Source: Myxococcota bacterium (GTDB taxonomy: Bacteria; Myxococcota_A; Polyangia; Polyangiales; Houyiibacteriaceae). From it: a DNA stretch of 64,000 bases. Location: the NCBI GenBank assembly GCA_039030515.1, contig JBCCEA010000021.1, positions 1 through 64,000 on the forward strand. The letters run 5' to 3'. This document shows positions 1 to 10,040 of the stretch, piece by piece; positions within the stretch are counted from its first letter, which is position 1, and each line of letters begins with the position of its first letter. Made by a program: the position numbers and the translations under genes. The notes beneath the pieces are model-generated. The model did no database searches, was not told the DNA's origin, and saw only the letters and a list, made by a program, of their open reading frames with translations.

Positions 1-196
1 TGTGCAGCAAGGGGCACAAGGGAATGCACGGGTGCGTCTGCAGGGCGGAGCAGGCTGGGCTTAGGGGAGCAAGGTCGTTCGGGTGAAGGGCCAAGGGGCG
101 CATGAGACGCCGGCGGCGGCGCAAAAAGCACGCTTGCAGCAAGCCAGAGGCTCCCTCAAGACGCCGATGCGCCGCGGAGACAGCCACCGCAAGGGC

Positions 197-310
197 GCTT
201 CCACGCACCGTACCCGGTCAGGTTTGGGGAGGTGGGCGATGCGTATCCGGCTTCCACGCACCGTACCCGGTCAGGTTTGGGGAGGTTTGGGGGGTCAGGT
301 TTGGGGAGAT
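197..310. repeat. 37-bp direct repeat x2 (197-233, 250-286) plus partial third copy (293-310)
   Basis: GCTTCCACGCACCGTACCCGGTCAGGTTTGGGGAGGT occurs twice with period 53; contains the CGTACCCGGTC core seen elsewhere. Confidence 0.9.
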
Positions 311-406
311 AGGTGGGCGAGTGGAAGCGAACAGGCAGGAAACGATCGATCCGGGGACGCCGCGGCAACCTGCTCCCTCAGACACTGTAGAATAGCCTGC
401 AGTTCC

Positions 407-1753
407 TCAGGAATCACGACGGCGACGACGTCTCGGACGGCGCCGAACTCGAGAGCGGCCATCAGCGGTCGAAACTGGCGTATCAGCCCAACTCGGAATG
501 GGCCGACCGACGGCCTCGCATTCAAGAGCATAAAGGTGAGCTGCATCAAAGAAATACTCACGTCTAGGTAGGATCCCAAGTCGTCCCGTTCGTAACTTGC
601 GCTGACTCGCGACTACAGCGCGTATCCTGTCTCGGAGACGGCGAGGAATCGAGAGTCGCAACCCCATCTCCTGAAAGAACCCTTCAAAAGCGTTCGCCGG
701 GTCAAGACTACCTTCTGTCCACTCTTCTATGGGTCCACTCAATAACGCTGAAAGAAGCACCGCGTCGTCCGGTAAAGCTCCAGCACGCTGTCGACGATCG
801 ATAGCAACCAAGCGGGCCCAAGTGCTCTCAACATCGTCGACATGGTCGTCCAGGTAAGAGGCGATCTCCGGGAGAACTTCGGAGAGAACCCCTGTCTCCC
901 AAGCCAAGTAAACCGAGCGCTGGGCTGCCCCTCCCCGAAGCAAGCGCAATATTTCTTCAAGCAGTCGAGGCCGAGCAGACTTCGCTAGTTCCCCTCGATG
1001 GTCCACCATCGCATCGTAAAGGTCAGGTTCAATCCCGAGATCAAGCCGTGCGCTGAATTTTATGGCCCTCAAAATGCGAACAGGGTCTTCTCGGAGCCGT
1101 ACGTCAGGCGACCCGATCGTACGCAATACCCCTCGTTCGAGGTCTATCATTCCGCCGACGTAGTCGATAACTTTTCCATGCTCGAGATCGTAAAAAAGTC
1201 CGTTGATAGTAAAATCTCTGCGAATAGAGTCTTCATGCGGATCGCCGAAAACGTTATCATTACGGATTAAGAGGTCGGTGTCGTCACCTCGGTTCCGATA
1301 CGCAGGGCTCAAACGAGCGGGTTCATCGCCTTGAGAGGCAGTAAACACTGGGGAAAGCTCGGGATCCCTGCGGAAGGTAGCCACTTCGATGACTTTTCCT
1401 CCGGCAAAAAGTATGTGGGCAAGTCTGAACCGCTTACCGATCACCCTACAGTTCCGAAACAAACGCCGTACCTCACTCGGCCGAGCACTCGTAGCCACGT
1501 CAAAGTCCTTGGGATGACGCCCGAGAAGTAGGTCCCGAACGCCACCACCGACTAGGTACGCAGTGTGCCCATATCGGGTAAGTCGACGAATCACTTTTAT
1601 CGCATCTGGATCAACGCGATCCGGAGGCATCGTCCGTTCGTATACAGTTGGCTCGGGCACCCCATCGAGGAAATATCGGGGTGGAAGAGAACTTGGTGGG
1701 AGTTCTTCGGAGCGACTTTCTAGCTCGTTGATCACTTTGTGTATGCGGTTCAC
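407..1753 (-). CDS. pcnB: Poly(A) polymerase I (PcnB-type nucleotidyltransferase)
   Basis: AYLVGGGVRDLLL..PKDFDVAT, PAP-specific CRVIGKRFRLAHI signature, RRDFTINGL, EDPVRILRAIKF; Arg-rich tail. Confidence 0.92.
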   Translation of the reverse strand: MNRIHKVINELESRSEELPPSSLPPRYFLDGVPEPTVYERTMPPDRVDPDAIKVIRRLTRYGHTAYLVGGGVRDLLLGRHPKDFDVATSARPSEVRRLFRNCRVIGKRFRLAHILFAGGKVIEVATFRRDPELSPVFTASQGDEPARLSPAYRNRGDDTDLLIRNDNVFGDPHEDSIRRDFTINGLFYDLEHGKVIDYVGGMIDLERGVLRTIGSPDVRLREDPVRILRAIKFSARLDLGIEPDLYDAMVDHRGELAKSARPRLLEEILRLLRGGAAQRSVYLAWETGVLSEVLPEIASYLDDHVDDVESTWARLVAIDRRQRAGALPDDAVLLSALLSGPIEEWTEGSLDPANAFEGFFQEMGLRLSIPRRLRDRIRAVVASQRKLRTGRLGILPRREYFFDAAHLYALECEAVGRPIPSWADTPVSTADGRSRVRRRPRRRRRRDS

Positions 1754-2213
1754 GGGACATCGCCGCGGGCCAACGCCAGGCTAGTGCAGCACTGTTGGAT
1801 GCCGAGGGTGTAGCAACTTGTTGGTTTAGCGGCAATCCCAGGCAAAATGCTTTCATAAAACGGCAAACCAGGGGAGGCCAAGCAGCTCGCATCTGACTAC
1901 ACCACCAGATTTACTGGAGTTTTGGTCGTCACATGAATGGCTTTAGTTCTGATCGGACCTATTTTCGCCAGCAACCAAAAAACATGGAACCGAACCGGGT
2001 ACGGTTTGATTGGCTTGATTCGGGCGGGTCAGTCCGCTGTGCGGTCACCAAGAGTTGCTCTCTTTCGAGAAAGTCGTTCAAGCGGGCCCTCGATCGTAAC
2101 GTCTCAGGTCGAGAGATAAGCCAAATCTGAGTCAACCATTCGTCATGTAATCCGCTTGGTTGTGAATGAAATCATGACATCACTTGCGAAAACAGGCAGC
2201 ATAGGGAAAAGCG

Positions 2214-4022
2214 ATGGCCACTGAGCATGTCCTCGGCATCGACCTAGGAACTACCAACTGCTGCGTAGCCGTCATGGACGGGGCGTCTCCTCAGGTCATT
2301 CGAAATCGCGTTGGATACGCCACCACTCCGTCGGTTGTGGCGGTCACTGCCGATGGCAAGGAGCTCATCGGGCAGCTTGCACAGCGGCAGGCAATCTCCA
2401 ATCCAGAACACACCGTTGCCGCGGCAAAACGCTTCATCGGTCGGCGAATGGACAGCCCTGAAGTGCAACACGCGATCGAACACTCTGCGTTTAAAATCGT
2501 TGCAGGGGCAAACAACGAAGCGATGGTGGAACTGCAGGGCCGGCGCACACGGGTCGAAGAAATCAGCGCCATGCTTCTTCGTGAAATGCGCGCCACAGCC
2601 GAGGAAAGCCTCGAATCCAAGGTTGAGAAAGCCGTGGTCACTGTACCGGCATACTTTAACGATAGTCAGCGCCAGGCGGTCCGTGACGCCGGAAAGATTG
2701 CGGGTCTCAACGTCATACGGATCATCAATGAGCCCACCGCCGCCGCTCTCGCTTACGGCTTCGGACGCGCGGAACCGCAGACCATCGCTGTCTACGACTT
2801 GGGAGGAGGAACCTTTGATATCTCCATAGTTCGGATTCAATCCAAGGGGCACTTCCAAGTTATCTCGACAACAGGCGACTCCTACCTCGGAGGCGAAGAT
2901 TTCGACAATCGCCTGATGGACTGGCTGATACGGGGCTTTCACGCGCATCATCAGGTGGACCTTACCGAATCTCCCGTGGCACTACAGCGGCTCCGATCCG
3001 CTGTACAAAAGGCAAAGTGCGACCTTTCGGCCCTCAGCACGGTGGAGATCCAACTTCCATTCCTAGTTTCTGACGGTCCTAAAGCTCCTCTACACATGGA
3101 CTACTCGATCAACCGAGATCAACTCGAGCAGCTGACCAAAGATCTGATCGCACGCACCCTGGACATCTGTGATCACGCCATGAATTTTGCCCGTATCGAC
3201 GAGAATGCCATCGATGACGTGGTCCTAGTTGGCGGGATGACGAGAATGCCGGCAGTACAGCGAGCGGTTCAAGAGCGCTTTGGAAAAGCACCTTCAAAAC
3301 GAGTGCATCCCGATGAGGCAGTCGCGCTAGGAGCCGCCATTCAAGGTGCCTCGATGGTCCAGGAACTCGAGGATGTGGAGCTGCAAGATGTCACAGCACA
3401 CGCGCTTGGTATCCTCGCCGCGGGCGGCACATTTCAGGAGCTTATTCCGTCAAATACGACGCTACCACATAGCTGCAGCCGCATCTTTACGACCAACAGA
3501 GACCAACAGGTCTCAGTGCAAGTTGTCGTGATGCAGGGAGATCCGAGCACTGCCTCGATGGAGCGTCTTGGCGAATTTGCCCTCACCGGCCTACGACCGG
3601 CCAAAGCCGGTGAACTCGAAGTAGACGTTCGTTTTGAGATAGATGACGACGGCATCTTTAAGGTTTCGGCAACCGATCTCGAAACCGGCAAGGACCAGAG
3701 CGTCGAAGTCATTCCACGCTCTGCAGTCGGTGGTTCTGACGAATCACTTTCAGAGTCTCCTCAGGACAAGGAAAGCGAGCGAAAACGAGACGAGGAGATT
3801 CGCCGCCTTGGCGATCTTCTCGAAGGGCTCGAGCGACTACTCCATAAGGTGGGTGAGGAGGCGCACGCAAATCCCGCAGTGATCGCGACAGCAAAAAAAG
3901 CCCAACAAGTGATCACACATGTACGTCGAACTGTGGACACAAAACCCGAGGCTAGTGATTTCAGCAAAGAGGCGGAGCTCGTTGCGCGGGTCCGGAAAGC
4001 AATTGAGCGAATGCTGAAGTAG
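2214..4022 (+). CDS. Hsp70/DnaK-family chaperone (paralog with divergent substrate domain and lid)
   Basis: GIDLGTTN, TVPAYFNDSQRQA, RIINEPTAAALAYG, YDLGGGTFDIS, LVGGMTRMPAV. Confidence 0.93.
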   Translation: MATEHVLGIDLGTTNCCVAVMDGASPQVIRNRVGYATTPSVVAVTADGKELIGQLAQRQAISNPEHTVAAAKRFIGRRMDSPEVQHAIEHSAFKIVAGANNEAMVELQGRRTRVEEISAMLLREMRATAEESLESKVEKAVVTVPAYFNDSQRQAVRDAGKIAGLNVIRIINEPTAAALAYGFGRAEPQTIAVYDLGGGTFDISIVRIQSKGHFQVISTTGDSYLGGEDFDNRLMDWLIRGFHAHHQVDLTESPVALQRLRSAVQKAKCDLSALSTVEIQLPFLVSDGPKAPLHMDYSINRDQLEQLTKDLIARTLDICDHAMNFARIDENAIDDVVLVGGMTRMPAVQRAVQERFGKAPSKRVHPDEAVALGAAIQGASMVQELEDVELQDVTAHALGILAAGGTFQELIPSNTTLPHSCSRIFTTNRDQQVSVQVVVMQGDPSTASMERLGEFALTGLRPAKAGELEVDVRFEIDDDGIFKVSATDLETGKDQSVEVIPRSAVGGSDESLSESPQDKESERKRDEEIRRLGDLLEGLERLLHKVGEEAHANPAVIATAKKAQQVITHVRRTVDTKPEASDFSKEAELVARVRKAIERMLK

Positions 4023-4128
4023 CGCGGCCAGTTTGGCTCAGCTCACCTGTGTCGAACAGCTGGGGAGCCAAGAGGGCATACGCAAAGAAGTATGTCGAGG
4101 CCGACCAATAAGCCTATTTCGAGTAAAT

Positions 4129-4260
4129 CGTACCCGGTCCGGTCGCCGTACCTGGTGCGGCGTGTCTTGGTTCTGTCTAAGTTCTCTCCGATCACAATCG
4201 TACCCGGTCCGATTGCCGTGATCACAACCGTACCCGGTCCGGTTGCCGTACCCGGTCCGG
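4129..4260. repeat. Cluster of CGTACCCGGTCC short repeats
   Basis: Copies at 4129, 4199, 4229, 4247 and a variant at 4147; includes an imperfect 30-bp tandem GATCACAAYCGTACCCGGTCCGRTTGCCGT x2. Confidence 0.85.
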
Positions 4261-4392
4261 CGAGCTGGAGAGAAGCGAAGTCGGCAGCCGTCTCAGGGAA
4301 GTTCGCGGCTCAAGCTTCGAAAAGCTGAGGTTGGCACGCGAGGGCCGTAGGCTTGAGTAGCGGGGATTTGACGGCGGTGGTAAGGCCACCTT

Positions 4393-5214
4393 GTGCCTGA
4401 AATTCAAGTATATTGCTGGAATGTCAATGGTCTGCGCTCCTGCGCGAAGAAGGGCTTTCTCGCTTGGCTAGAGGGAGCAAATGCGCACATTGTTGGGCTC
4501 CAGGAAGTTCGAGCACGCGAGGAGCAACTCGATCCGGAAGTCGCCTGTCCTCAGGGATGGCATACCCATTTTGTGTCCGCGGAACGCCCAGGCTACAGTG
4601 GTGTGGCCACCTACAGTCGAATCAAGCCAGACAAAATCACCGTTGAGCTTGGCATCGCTGAAATGGATCGAGAGGGCCGGACTCAGATTCTTCGTTTCGG
4701 ACCGCTCACTATCGTCAACTGTTACTTCCCGAATGGAAACGGCAAGAATCGAGATCTCAGCCGAGTGCCCTTCAAATTGAACTTCTACGACGCCCTTTTT
4801 CAAAAACTTCAGCCCGCAATGACCAGCGGAGAGCGGGTGATCGTCATGGGAGATTTCAATACGGCACATCGGGAAATTGATCTGGCACGTCCTCAGCAAA
4901 ACAAAAAAAGCAGCGGTTTTCTGCAGGAAGAACGGCAGGAGATGGATCGCTGGATCAACGCAGGCTGGATCGACACGTTTCGACATTTCGAGCAGGGAGG
5001 CGGCCACTACACCTGGTGGAGTCAGCGATTCGGAGTCAGGGCGAAAAATATCGGCTGGCGTATCGACTACATTCTGGCCTCCCCGGGAGCGATGCCGTTT
5101 GTGCGGAACGCATCGATCGACAGCGAGGTTCAGGGCTCTGACCACTGTCCGATCCGGGTGAGTCTAGATTCTCAAATTCTCGAGGACAATAAAGCCGTCA
5201 CGGGCCGAAACTGA
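4393..5214 (+). CDS. xth: Exodeoxyribonuclease III / AP endonuclease
   Basis: WNVNGLR, LQE, GYSGVA, YFPNG, GDFNTAH, YTWWS, GWRIDY, GSDHCP. Confidence 0.95.
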   Translation: MPEIQVYCWNVNGLRSCAKKGFLAWLEGANAHIVGLQEVRAREEQLDPEVACPQGWHTHFVSAERPGYSGVATYSRIKPDKITVELGIAEMDREGRTQILRFGPLTIVNCYFPNGNGKNRDLSRVPFKLNFYDALFQKLQPAMTSGERVIVMGDFNTAHREIDLARPQQNKKSSGFLQEERQEMDRWINAGWIDTFRHFEQGGGHYTWWSQRFGVRAKNIGWRIDYILASPGAMPFVRNASIDSEVQGSDHCPIRVSLDSQILEDNKAVTGRN

Positions 5215-5303
5215 GTCAGACCCGTGCATTGCAGCTCAACTGACGCTCATTTCGTTGGCGCGAGGACCGCTCGAAAGAACGATAGAAACCTTGAGGACAT
5301 ATT

Positions 5304-6953
5304 TTGAAGATCCACGGCAACACGGCCGGCCTGAGCCCATCTCAACTGAAGGCACTAGAGCGAATTTACCGCCGTAAAGTACCGGCAGATCAACTGACTA
5401 CACAGGAGCTCACTCGCTCGCTTTGTGAGATTTCTTTTGGGACAAGACGTCAGGTTGGCGTGCTCGTCAATCGGCTGGGCATTGTCGATCACGTAATCAT
5501 CGGTGACGCCAGCAAACTTTATCTCCCCGATATCGGGAGACTCAGAGCGTCGGAGGGCAGACTCCGAGGTATCCGGCTTCTTCACACCCACCTGTCCAAC
5601 GAGCCACTGACGCATGACGATATCGTCGACCTGACACGACTGCGCCTAGATCTCATCGCCGCATTTTGCCTCAATCACGAGGGCCGTCCTCAGTGGGTCT
5701 ACTACGGACACAATGTTCCGGTTGCCCCCAAAAGCGAATCCGAACCTTATCGCACAGTCGGTCCGCTGCCGTACTCAAAACTCGACGTGGATCCTCAGGC
5801 GCTTGTCCGGGCACTTGAAGAAGAATTCGCTCGAGTCGCGCAAAAGACAACGGCCAAGGACGGTCGAGCGGTTTTGGTGCACGTATGCGAGAAACATCAA
5901 GCGGCCTATGCCCGGGACTCTTTAGTCGAACTGAGGGAACTGGCTCGCACCGCAGGCGTGGAGGTTGCTGACGAGGTGCTTCAAACTCGAGATCGCATCG
6001 ATCCGAAGTATGTTCTCGGAAAAGGAAAACTTGAGGACCTCATCATCCGAGCCATGCAGCTCGATGTCGAAGTGTTGATCTTCGATCGAAATCTATGGCC
6101 GACTCAGGCAGCTTCAATCGCAAAGCTAACCGATCTCAAAGTACTGGATCGCACACAGTTAATCTTAGATATTTTCGCGCAGAACGCACATAGCAACGAT
6201 GGCAAGCTGCAGGTTGAACTGGCGCAAATGAAGTATTTGCTTCCACGCCTAGGCGTAAAAGACGATGCGCTCTCTCGACTCACCGGAGGCATTGGTGGCC
6301 GCGGACCCGGCGAAACCAAACTCGAAATCGGCAAGCGTCGCGCCCGGGAGCGAATCGCCAGGCTTTCCCGTCAGCTCAAGCAACTCACAAAACAACGTCA
6401 ACAACGAAGGTCAAAACGCCGCAGGCAAGGTGTCCCGGTGGTTGCGATCATCGGCTACACCAACGCCGGCAAAAGCACTCTTTTGAACTCGCTAACTGAC
6501 AGCAATGTCGTGGCCGAAGATAAACTCTTTGCAACCTTAGATCCAAGGAGCCGAAGACTACGCCTTCCGTCAGGAACAACGGTCATCGCCACCGATACGG
6601 TGGGATTCATTCGTGACCTACCCAAAGACCTATTCGCTGCGTTCAGGGCGACCTTTGAAGAGGCGGCCGACGCCGACCTCTTACTCCACGTTGTGGATGC
6701 TTCTGATGGGGCACTCGATGCGAAAATCGAGGCAACCGAAAAGCTCATCGAGGAGTTGGGACTGGCCGATATCCCATCGATCCTCCTGTTCAATAAAATC
6801 GACCTTATCGAAAAAGGTGAAGGCACGGCTCTCGCAGACGCTCGAGGAGGAATCGCCACCAGCGCTGTTCAAGCGTCCAATTTGCACTATCTGCGTCGGA
6901 CTATCGATGCGAAGCTGAACTCGACTATCGGCCACCAGGCGGCAAAAAGCTGA
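5304..6953 (+). CDS. hflX: Ribosome-splitting GTPase HflX (long form with N-terminal extension)
   Basis: DRTQLILDIFA, GKLQVELAQ, GIGGRGPGETKLE, GYTNAGKST, DKLFATLD, DTVGFI, NKID. Confidence 0.95.
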   Translation: MKIHGNTAGLSPSQLKALERIYRRKVPADQLTTQELTRSLCEISFGTRRQVGVLVNRLGIVDHVIIGDASKLYLPDIGRLRASEGRLRGIRLLHTHLSNEPLTHDDIVDLTRLRLDLIAAFCLNHEGRPQWVYYGHNVPVAPKSESEPYRTVGPLPYSKLDVDPQALVRALEEEFARVAQKTTAKDGRAVLVHVCEKHQAAYARDSLVELRELARTAGVEVADEVLQTRDRIDPKYVLGKGKLEDLIIRAMQLDVEVLIFDRNLWPTQAASIAKLTDLKVLDRTQLILDIFAQNAHSNDGKLQVELAQMKYLLPRLGVKDDALSRLTGGIGGRGPGETKLEIGKRRARERIARLSRQLKQLTKQRQQRRSKRRRQGVPVVAIIGYTNAGKSTLLNSLTDSNVVAEDKLFATLDPRSRRLRLPSGTTVIATDTVGFIRDLPKDLFAAFRATFEEAADADLLLHVVDASDGALDAKIEATEKLIEELGLADIPSILLFNKIDLIEKGEGTALADARGGIATSAVQASNLHYLRRTIDAKLNSTIGHQAAKS

Positions 6954-7003
6954 ACTCGGGGACAGTACTCATCACGAAGGCAAGACCTCCCGTGCACGCA
7001 TCG

Positions 7004-7042
7004 ACTGACTTCAGTCTTCAGCACTGACTTCAGTCTTCAGCA
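7004..7042. repeat. 19-bp tandem duplication overlapping the stop codon of the minus-strand gene
   Basis: ACTGACTTCAGTCTTCAGC at 7004 and 7023. Confidence 0.85.
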
Positions 7043-7842
7043 ATGGGCTTAATCCCTACCCGTCCACCCTTTACCACGACGCGGAAGTCTATCTTTTTGC
7101 CTCGATACTTCTCTTCCAGCTTGGGGACCATGCTGCGAATGCTGCGTGCTACTTTATCGAACTTTAGGTTATCAACTCTCTCATGGTTGCCTCGCCTTGC
7201 TTCGACATATTCAGTGTAGATTTCTTGTAGGCGCTGCTCGGAAACCGTCGCCCGAGCGGGTTCCGCGGGCTTCGTAAAGGTAGCGACAATAGGAGCGTCC
7301 CCTGAGCGATCATGCGGAGCCGACTTGCTCGACCGAACCTGTCGTGGGTCGCCCGACGACTCTTTGCTGGGAGGTTCGTAATCTTGGACAGCACGCAGGG
7401 CAGCTTCCACCTCTGCCCCAACATCTCGCACGGACTCCACGCCATCTTTGGGCTCAGTGCCTTTCCCAGGCAGCTCAACGTCATATGCACGCGGCCCTAC
7501 TCCCTGACGCTCTGCTTCGCGACTGGAAGCAGAGGTTCCAAAGCGCCGCCGGGCACGAAGCACATGCCGTCGATAGGTGCCTTCCTCGATTTGTCGGCAG
7601 GTTCGACTCCAGTACTGCTGAAAAGTAGAATGACGTTGGGTGAGCGACTGGAATCGAAATCGAAGCGCAGTTTGCCGAGGCTGATTCTTCCGTAACGTCG
7701 CCATGCGTCGCGCCAGGTCCTTCCGAGCGATCGTCGGCTCTAGCCGCTCGATGCCTTGAAAGTACTGTTCATATAGCGCTTTAAGACGGTCTAACTTGCG
7801 CTCCGTCTCTTTGAGCAATAGTTCAAACTCTCGTAGTTCCAT
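7030..7842 (-). CDS. Myxobacterial conserved protein (MXAN_5187 C-terminal-domain-like)
   Basis: LYEQYFQGIERLEP...LRFRFQSL...YWSRTCRQIEEG and C-terminal DFRVVVKGGRVGIKP, recognised from memory of that family. Confidence 0.65.
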   Translation of the reverse strand: MELREFELLLKETERKLDRLKALYEQYFQGIERLEPTIARKDLARRMATLRKNQPRQTALRFRFQSLTQRHSTFQQYWSRTCRQIEEGTYRRHVLRARRRFGTSASSREAERQGVGPRAYDVELPGKGTEPKDGVESVRDVGAEVEAALRAVQDYEPPSKESSGDPRQVRSSKSAPHDRSGDAPIVATFTKPAEPARATVSEQRLQEIYTEYVEARRGNHERVDNLKFDKVARSIRSMVPKLEEKYRGKKIDFRVVVKGGRVGIKPIAED

Positions 7843-7852
7843 CAGGGGTCGT

Positions 7853-8506
7853 TTACAGGGGTGTGATCCTTAGATTGTCGAAAAACAGCTCCGATTCCCA
7901 GTTGTTAAAGCCAAAGTGATCATGTCCACGCCCCACAAGTGGGTCCGGGTCGTCCATTTCCAGCAAGACCTGCCCGTCCACGGTCACCTGAACTTTTGAG
8001 GCCCTACGCTCGATTCGAACAGCATAAGTTTGACCGGGGACTACCCGCTTTGTGGATCCCACGACCCGATCGGAACCGTGCTCATCAAGCCGGGCAAGAA
8101 CGTTCTTAGAGTTGCCCCACCCTCCAAAGATCACCACGTAGCTGGTCGCAACGTAGCTATTCAGTTCCGCTTTTGATACCCCATCTCCAAAAACCTCGAC
8201 TTTGATATCTCCCTCAGACGACTCACTACGCGCATCGAATTCTACTCGGACCTCACGCGGTAGTTTACGCCGGAGCCAAAGCGGACGGTTGTGCGCCCCC
8301 TGAACGTGAAGCTCCCCATTTCGAATATCCCAGGGACCTCCGGTATTCTTCCAGAGCGATCCGAGCTGCATCCGATCGAATGAGTCCTCGAATCCACCAT
8401 GTGCGATGGCGGGATCTCCCTGAGGCGTGCACGCACCCAGTGCCTGGAGTCCCGCAAGTAAGAAAACCAAAGGATAAAATGAGAAAGAGAGCCACAAACG
8501 CATCAA
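7853..8506 (-). CDS. Putative lipoprotein, concanavalin/LamG-like beta-sandwich
   Basis: Signal peptide with LGAC lipobox; FEDSF..W..GGPW.I.NGEL, VRVEFDA, V.VDGQ, GFNNW...FFDNLRI pattern. Confidence 0.6.
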   Translation of the reverse strand: MMRLWLSFSFYPLVFLLAGLQALGACTPQGDPAIAHGGFEDSFDRMQLGSLWKNTGGPWDIRNGELHVQGAHNRPLWLRRKLPREVRVEFDARSESSEGDIKVEVFGDGVSKAELNSYVATSYVVIFGGWGNSKNVLARLDEHGSDRVVGSTKRVVPGQTYAVRIERRASKVQVTVDGQVLLEMDDPDPLVGRGHDHFGFNNWESELFFDNLRITPL

Positions 8507-8564
8507 AAAACCCTCCGATCGAAGACCAAACCTGACCGCACATCTCGCCTAGTGTCGTGGTCGC

Positions 8565-9851
8565 CTAGTATGGCGGAGTCGAAAATCGACAACGATTTCC
8601 GATCGCTCGATGGGAGCTCACATCCGACAAGCTCACGCGATCCCGCGACTGCGCTGACGAAATCGCGTCGCTGAAACGCACTTCATCGGGGGCGCGGACG
8701 GTTCGCACCTCCTCAACCGCGGCTTCTGGGGAGGGTTCCTCATCGGTGCACCCATCTTCATCGACGTCTCGATCTTCCTCCGCAGCATCGCTTGGGCATC
8801 GGTCCTCAGAGTCGGGAACGAAATCAGAGTCGTTGTCCGGATCGGGACATCCATCCGCGTCCTCGAAACCATCCTTGTCTTCGGCGAGATGAGCGCAGAT
8901 ATCACGTTCGTCCGGCACGCCATCACCGTCGAGATCGCGAACCCGAGGGGACCAAACAAAGCCGAGAACCGCTCGAACATCCGGAGACCCAACCCCATCA
9001 GACAGACCTCTGCCGACTGTGCTTCGCAAGCGAAACGCGTCGAATACGTAATCCAGCCCGGCCATGGCTTCAAAGTAGGTCCGGGCTTCATGTTCAAACT
9101 CGAAGCCCGCGTCAAAACTCCCCTGAACGCCCAAATGCGCGTCCAAACCGGGAACCGCCGGAATTGGAACCTTGAGACCAAAGCCCAGCTGAAGCTCATC
9201 TCGGAAACGCACCCCAGCAAGCTCGAGCACCTCGAAGCGGTGCTTCCACCCGATGGAAAGCCCCACCCCGAGTCCGAGAAGATGAAAATCCAGAAGAGCG
9301 GACGACACAACGGTTGCGGATTGTTCGTTTGCAAAGGCTTCTCCGCGTCCCACTGGTGCAGTGACGCGCGTCGAAAGCGCCAAGCCAAGACCTTCCGGTC
9401 GGTCGGTCTGAAGCTTGGAATTCTCGCCAAATACCCGCCAGCGAAGCTCCGCAGACGGATCTGCAAAAGCTGCGGTAGCGAGGCTCGGCCCTCCATCGGC
9501 CAGAGATGCTGCGTCCCCATACTGGTAGAGTACCAACGGGGTCGATAGGGTGAGCGCCAAGGAGTGCCCGAGACCGAGTTGACCCACGATCACCCCTCCG
9601 AGACGGTCTCGGACTACGGAATTGGTGTCGCCTCGACTGGTGAATTGAAGCGGCGAACGCTGGTAGTTGAGGAACAGAGCCAAATCGTAGTCGCCACGAT
9701 CGGGTACGTGCGAACCTGGCATCGTCGAAAACGAGGCAACTCCGGGCGACGGCCTGTAACGGTCAATGTTTAAGTCCCGCTGCGCCGATATCTGAGACAC
9801 CGGCAGCAAGACAAAAATAGCGGCCAAGCAAATTCGAACGCTGGAGTTCAT
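8565..9851 (-). CDS. Outer-membrane beta-barrel protein with thrombospondin type-3 repeats (TraB/OmpA-family architecture, no OmpA domain)
   Basis: Signal peptide, amphipathic strands, G.GSPDVR, then DLDGDGVPD..D.C..EDKDGFEDADGCPDPDND repeats. Confidence 0.75.
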   Translation of the reverse strand: MNSSVRICLAAIFVLLPVSQISAQRDLNIDRYRPSPGVASFSTMPGSHVPDRGDYDLALFLNYQRSPLQFTSRGDTNSVVRDRLGGVIVGQLGLGHSLALTLSTPLVLYQYGDAASLADGGPSLATAAFADPSAELRWRVFGENSKLQTDRPEGLGLALSTRVTAPVGRGEAFANEQSATVVSSALLDFHLLGLGVGLSIGWKHRFEVLELAGVRFRDELQLGFGLKVPIPAVPGLDAHLGVQGSFDAGFEFEHEARTYFEAMAGLDYVFDAFRLRSTVGRGLSDGVGSPDVRAVLGFVWSPRVRDLDGDGVPDERDICAHLAEDKDGFEDADGCPDPDNDSDFVPDSEDRCPSDAAEEDRDVDEDGCTDEEPSPEAAVEEVRTVRAPDEVRFSDAISSAQSRDRVSLSDVSSHRAIGNRCRFSTPPY

Positions 9852-10040
9852 ACAGCACTGCTCACGAGCGTTGTTTCTGCGACCACCCTGAGAGGCCCCG
9901 GTGCGGCCGGCCTCCGGAAAGGGGTCTGAGTGGTCGCGACCACTGCATGCCTTCTGCGAACCATTGCGCTCCTTCTTCGAAAGGAGAGCCTCCTTGAAAA
10001 AAGAGAAATCTCAAAGCCCCAAGTCTGGATTTCAGAGCAC

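Noticed and set aside
197..310. 37-bp repeats as a CRISPR array
   Set aside because: Only two full copies, a 16-bp gap, no palindrome and no cas genes in the window.
4332..4350. TGGCACG as a sigma54 promoter for xth
   Set aside because: No TTGC at the -12 position.
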